A stretch of DNA of 64,000 nucleotides from Dehalococcoidia bacterium (GTDB lineage: Bacteria > Chloroflexota > Dehalococcoidia > Bin125). This document shows positions 61,933-64,000 of the stretch, piece after piece. Location of the stretch: NCBI GenBank assembly GCA_963663185.1, contig OY760135.1, forward strand, positions 530,044-594,043. The letters run 5' to 3'. The notes beneath the pieces are model-generated. The model had not been told where the DNA came from, did no database searches, and was given only the letters and a program-made list of their open reading frames with translations. The translations under genes and the position numbers were made by a program. Positions within the stretch are counted from its first letter, which is position 1; each line of letters starts with the position of its first letter.

Positions 61933-62142
61933 TCACACTACGCTTCTGAACGCGGGCCTGGGTCGATCACCAACATTGCTACGCCAGGCCGTACATTTCG
62001 TCGGGACACGATGGAAACGACATGGCGCAAAGCCGAATCCGCTGAGCGCGGTCATCAGTCCGAAGATAACCATCGCCCAGCCGACAACGATCAACAGCGT
62101 CGAGGCGTAGCGCTTGCCGGCCGGACTATCGGCTGCAGTCAT
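61933..62142 (-). pseudogene. Truncated small membrane protein (array member)
   Basis: MTAADSPAGKRYASTLLIVVGWAMVIFGLMTALSGFGF, after which membrane character is lost. Confidence 0.45.
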
Positions 62143-62161
62143 CGTCCACTTGCTTCGCTGG

Positions 62162-62280
62162 TCAGGCCAAGATCAATCCGAGCGCCGTGAACCAGGCCGT
62201 CCAGACCGCCAGCGCCAACCCGATCCGCCATCGGGATCGGGTCAGCGCCGCGGCGAGGGTGACCGGCGCCGAATCAAGCT
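62162..62280 (-). pseudogene. C-terminal fragment paralogous to 60497-60754
   Basis: Manual translation SAPVTLAAALTRSRWRIGLALAVWTAWFTALGLILA*; no start. Confidence 0.65.
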
Positions 62281-62292
62281 GTGAGCGCCAAG

Positions 62293-62463
62293 TCAGATGT
62301 TTGCCTCAATAATAATGATGATCCCGAGCACGCCCAGGGCGAGAACTGGAATCGAGATGATCAGCCGTCGTTTGGTTGAGTACAGCGCGAGGGACATACC
62401 GAGAATCAAGAGGGCCAGGACCATGAGCGCTGAGCCAATTGTGGCTACTGTTAGGAAACCTAT
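62293..62463 (-). pseudogene. Small membrane protein whose 5' end is cut by the IS5 element
   Basis: IGFLTVATIGSALMVLALLILGMSLALYSTKRRLIISIPVLALGVLGIIIIIEANI*. Confidence 0.6.
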
Positions 62464-63750
62464 CAGGCTGCTGAAGAAGGGTATGTGAGATCATGGCGGA
62501 GGTGTTGAACCGATAGCTGAAGGAGGTTTGCGATGCGCGGCGAGTCAGAGCGACAGGCGACGATGATGTTGGGGCTGACGCCGGACGGCTTCGTGCCCAA
62601 GAGTCACCCATTGCGGCGGATCAAGCCCTTGGCCGACTCGGCCCTGCGGCGCATGTCGCCCCTGTTCGACGAGATCTACGCGGACAACGGGCGACCCTCG
62701 ATTCCGCCGGAGCACCTGCTCAAGTCGAGCCTGCTGATGGCATTCTTTACGATCCGCTCGGAGCGCCAGTTCTGCGAGCAGCTGCGCTATAACCTGCTGT
62801 TCAAGTGGTTCCTGGACCTCAATGTCGAGGACGAACCGTTCCATCCGACGACCTTTACCAAGAACCGCGAACGGCTGATGGATGCGGACGCGGCGCGGGT
62901 CTTGCTCAAGGAAGCCAGGCGTCGCCGGCTGCTCTCCCCGGACCACTTCAGCGTTGACGGCACGCTGCTTGACGCCTGGGCCTCGCACAAGAGTTACCGT
63001 CCGCGCGACGAGCGACCGCCCCGAGGTGGCGGTCGCAACCGCGACGCGGACTTCAAGGGTGAGCGTCGCAGTCGCGACACGCACGCCTCAACGACCGACC
63101 CGGAGGCGCGGCTCTACCGCAAGGGCAAGCAGCAGGCGGCCAGGCTCTGTTATCTGGGTCATGTGCTGACCGAGAATTGTCACGGCCTGGTGGTCGATGT
63201 CGAACTGACCGAGGCTGACGGCTACGCCGAACGGGACGCCGCCCTCGCGATGCTTGAACGCAGCGTCCGGGGCCCGGCCACGCTGGGCGCCGACCGGGCC
63301 TACGACACGCGCGACTTCGTCTGGGACCTGCGCGGTCTGGGCGTGACGCCGCATGTGGCCCAGAACGAACAAGGCCGGCGCAGCGCGATCGATCGGCGCA
63401 CGACCAGACATCCGGGCTACGCCCAGAGTCAACGTCGGCGCAAACGGGTCGAAGAAGTCTTCGGCTGGATCAAGACGGTCGGCGCCGGCGGCAAGCTGCG
63501 CTACCTCGGACAGGCCCGCAACAAACTCTGGTTCGAACTGACCGCCGCCGCCTATAACCTCACCCACCTGGCCAACATCCAGGCGGCCGCCGCATAGCTG
63601 AACCGCGCCGACGCGGCTTCAGGCACTGGATCCAGCGCCCCGGATCACGCCCTCTCACTCACAGGACCTGCCCGCGATCGCTGCTCAGCGTGTGTCCACT
63701 CGTCGAAGATGGCCAGTTCTGGCGCGTATCATCCGTAGTTCAGCAGCCTC
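62464..63750 (+). mobile_element. IS5-family insertion sequence
   Basis: TIRs AGGCTGCTGAA (62465) / TTCAGCAGCCT (63739); right flank CTAG, left flank CTAT. Confidence 0.88.
62533..63597 (+). CDS. IS5-family DDE transposase
   Basis: HPLRRIK, GRPSIPPE.LL, IRSERQ, FSVDGTL, LGADRAYD, RKRVEEVFGWIK, AAYNL. Confidence 0.93.
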   Translation: MRGESERQATMMLGLTPDGFVPKSHPLRRIKPLADSALRRMSPLFDEIYADNGRPSIPPEHLLKSSLLMAFFTIRSERQFCEQLRYNLLFKWFLDLNVEDEPFHPTTFTKNRERLMDADAARVLLKEARRRRLLSPDHFSVDGTLLDAWASHKSYRPRDERPPRGGGRNRDADFKGERRSRDTHASTTDPEARLYRKGKQQAARLCYLGHVLTENCHGLVVDVELTEADGYAERDAALAMLERSVRGPATLGADRAYDTRDFVWDLRGLGVTPHVAQNEQGRRSAIDRRTTRHPGYAQSQRRRKRVEEVFGWIKTVGAGGKLRYLGQARNKLWFELTAAAYNLTHLANIQAAAA

Positions 63751-64000
63751 CTAGTCTCCTTCGGCAAGGTCATGACCAGAAGAGACGAGAACGCCCCAGT
63801 CCGGTAGCCGAAGTGAGACCTTTGCATCGTGGTAACGATGCGGACCGAAAGTCGCTTGCGGCAGCAGGTCTCCCTACAGCGGTAGGGCATCGTCTTGTTC
63901 GTACAGGGCGCGTTCCTTAGCGATCCGCAATGCGGGGCAGTGCGGACCCCCCCCCGTTCATCTTCGATCCTCAATCCATCTCTGAGCCGTCTCATCGTCG
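63751..64000 (-). pseudogene. IS1595-family transposase N-terminal remnant
   Basis: Degenerate Zn ribbon PHCGS...MPYRCR..CRKRLSVR...MQRS. Confidence 0.65.

Noticed and set aside
59587-62463. Integron cassette array
   Set aside because: No integrase and no attC-like repeats between ORFs; genes are spaced by only a few nt.

Overview
High-GC bacterial chromosomal segment. It is probably Chloroflexota/Dehalococcoidia-like; this is an inference from the dnaA-obgE-nadD gene order, thyX and the many CoA-catabolic genes. Core genes: hrcA-grpE-dnaK...dnaJ-prmA, ychF, holA, thyX, nadD, obgE, dnaA with candidate oriC, coaX-coaBC, murT-gatD, ribE-ribBA-ribH, purA. Catabolic genes include enoyl-CoA hydratases, CoA-transferases, an acyl-CoA dehydrogenase and MaoC. 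Highlights: (1) Four apparent ORFs at 47.8-50.0 kb are very likely two tandem AhpD-like selenoprotein genes, each with an in-frame UGA in a C-x-x-U-x-x-x-H motif and a SECIS-like hairpin at the same offset. (2) At 59.6-62.5 kb a secreted 8-Cys protein sits in an array of about 8 small, divergent, partly decayed membrane-protein paralogues, resembling an undescribed toxin/poly-immunity or ligand/receptor locus. (3) An Mre11/Rad50-like cassette lies between two ~105-bp copies of the dnaJ promoter/5' end. (4) A secreted protein carries a G10 tract in its signal peptide. (5) Leaderless-type promoters and short tandem micro-duplications at gene ends are widespread. (6) Also present: a Dam-like MTase with a small PD-(D/E)XK nuclease, and IS5/IS1595 elements. 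All calls come from visual motif recognition; no database searches were run.
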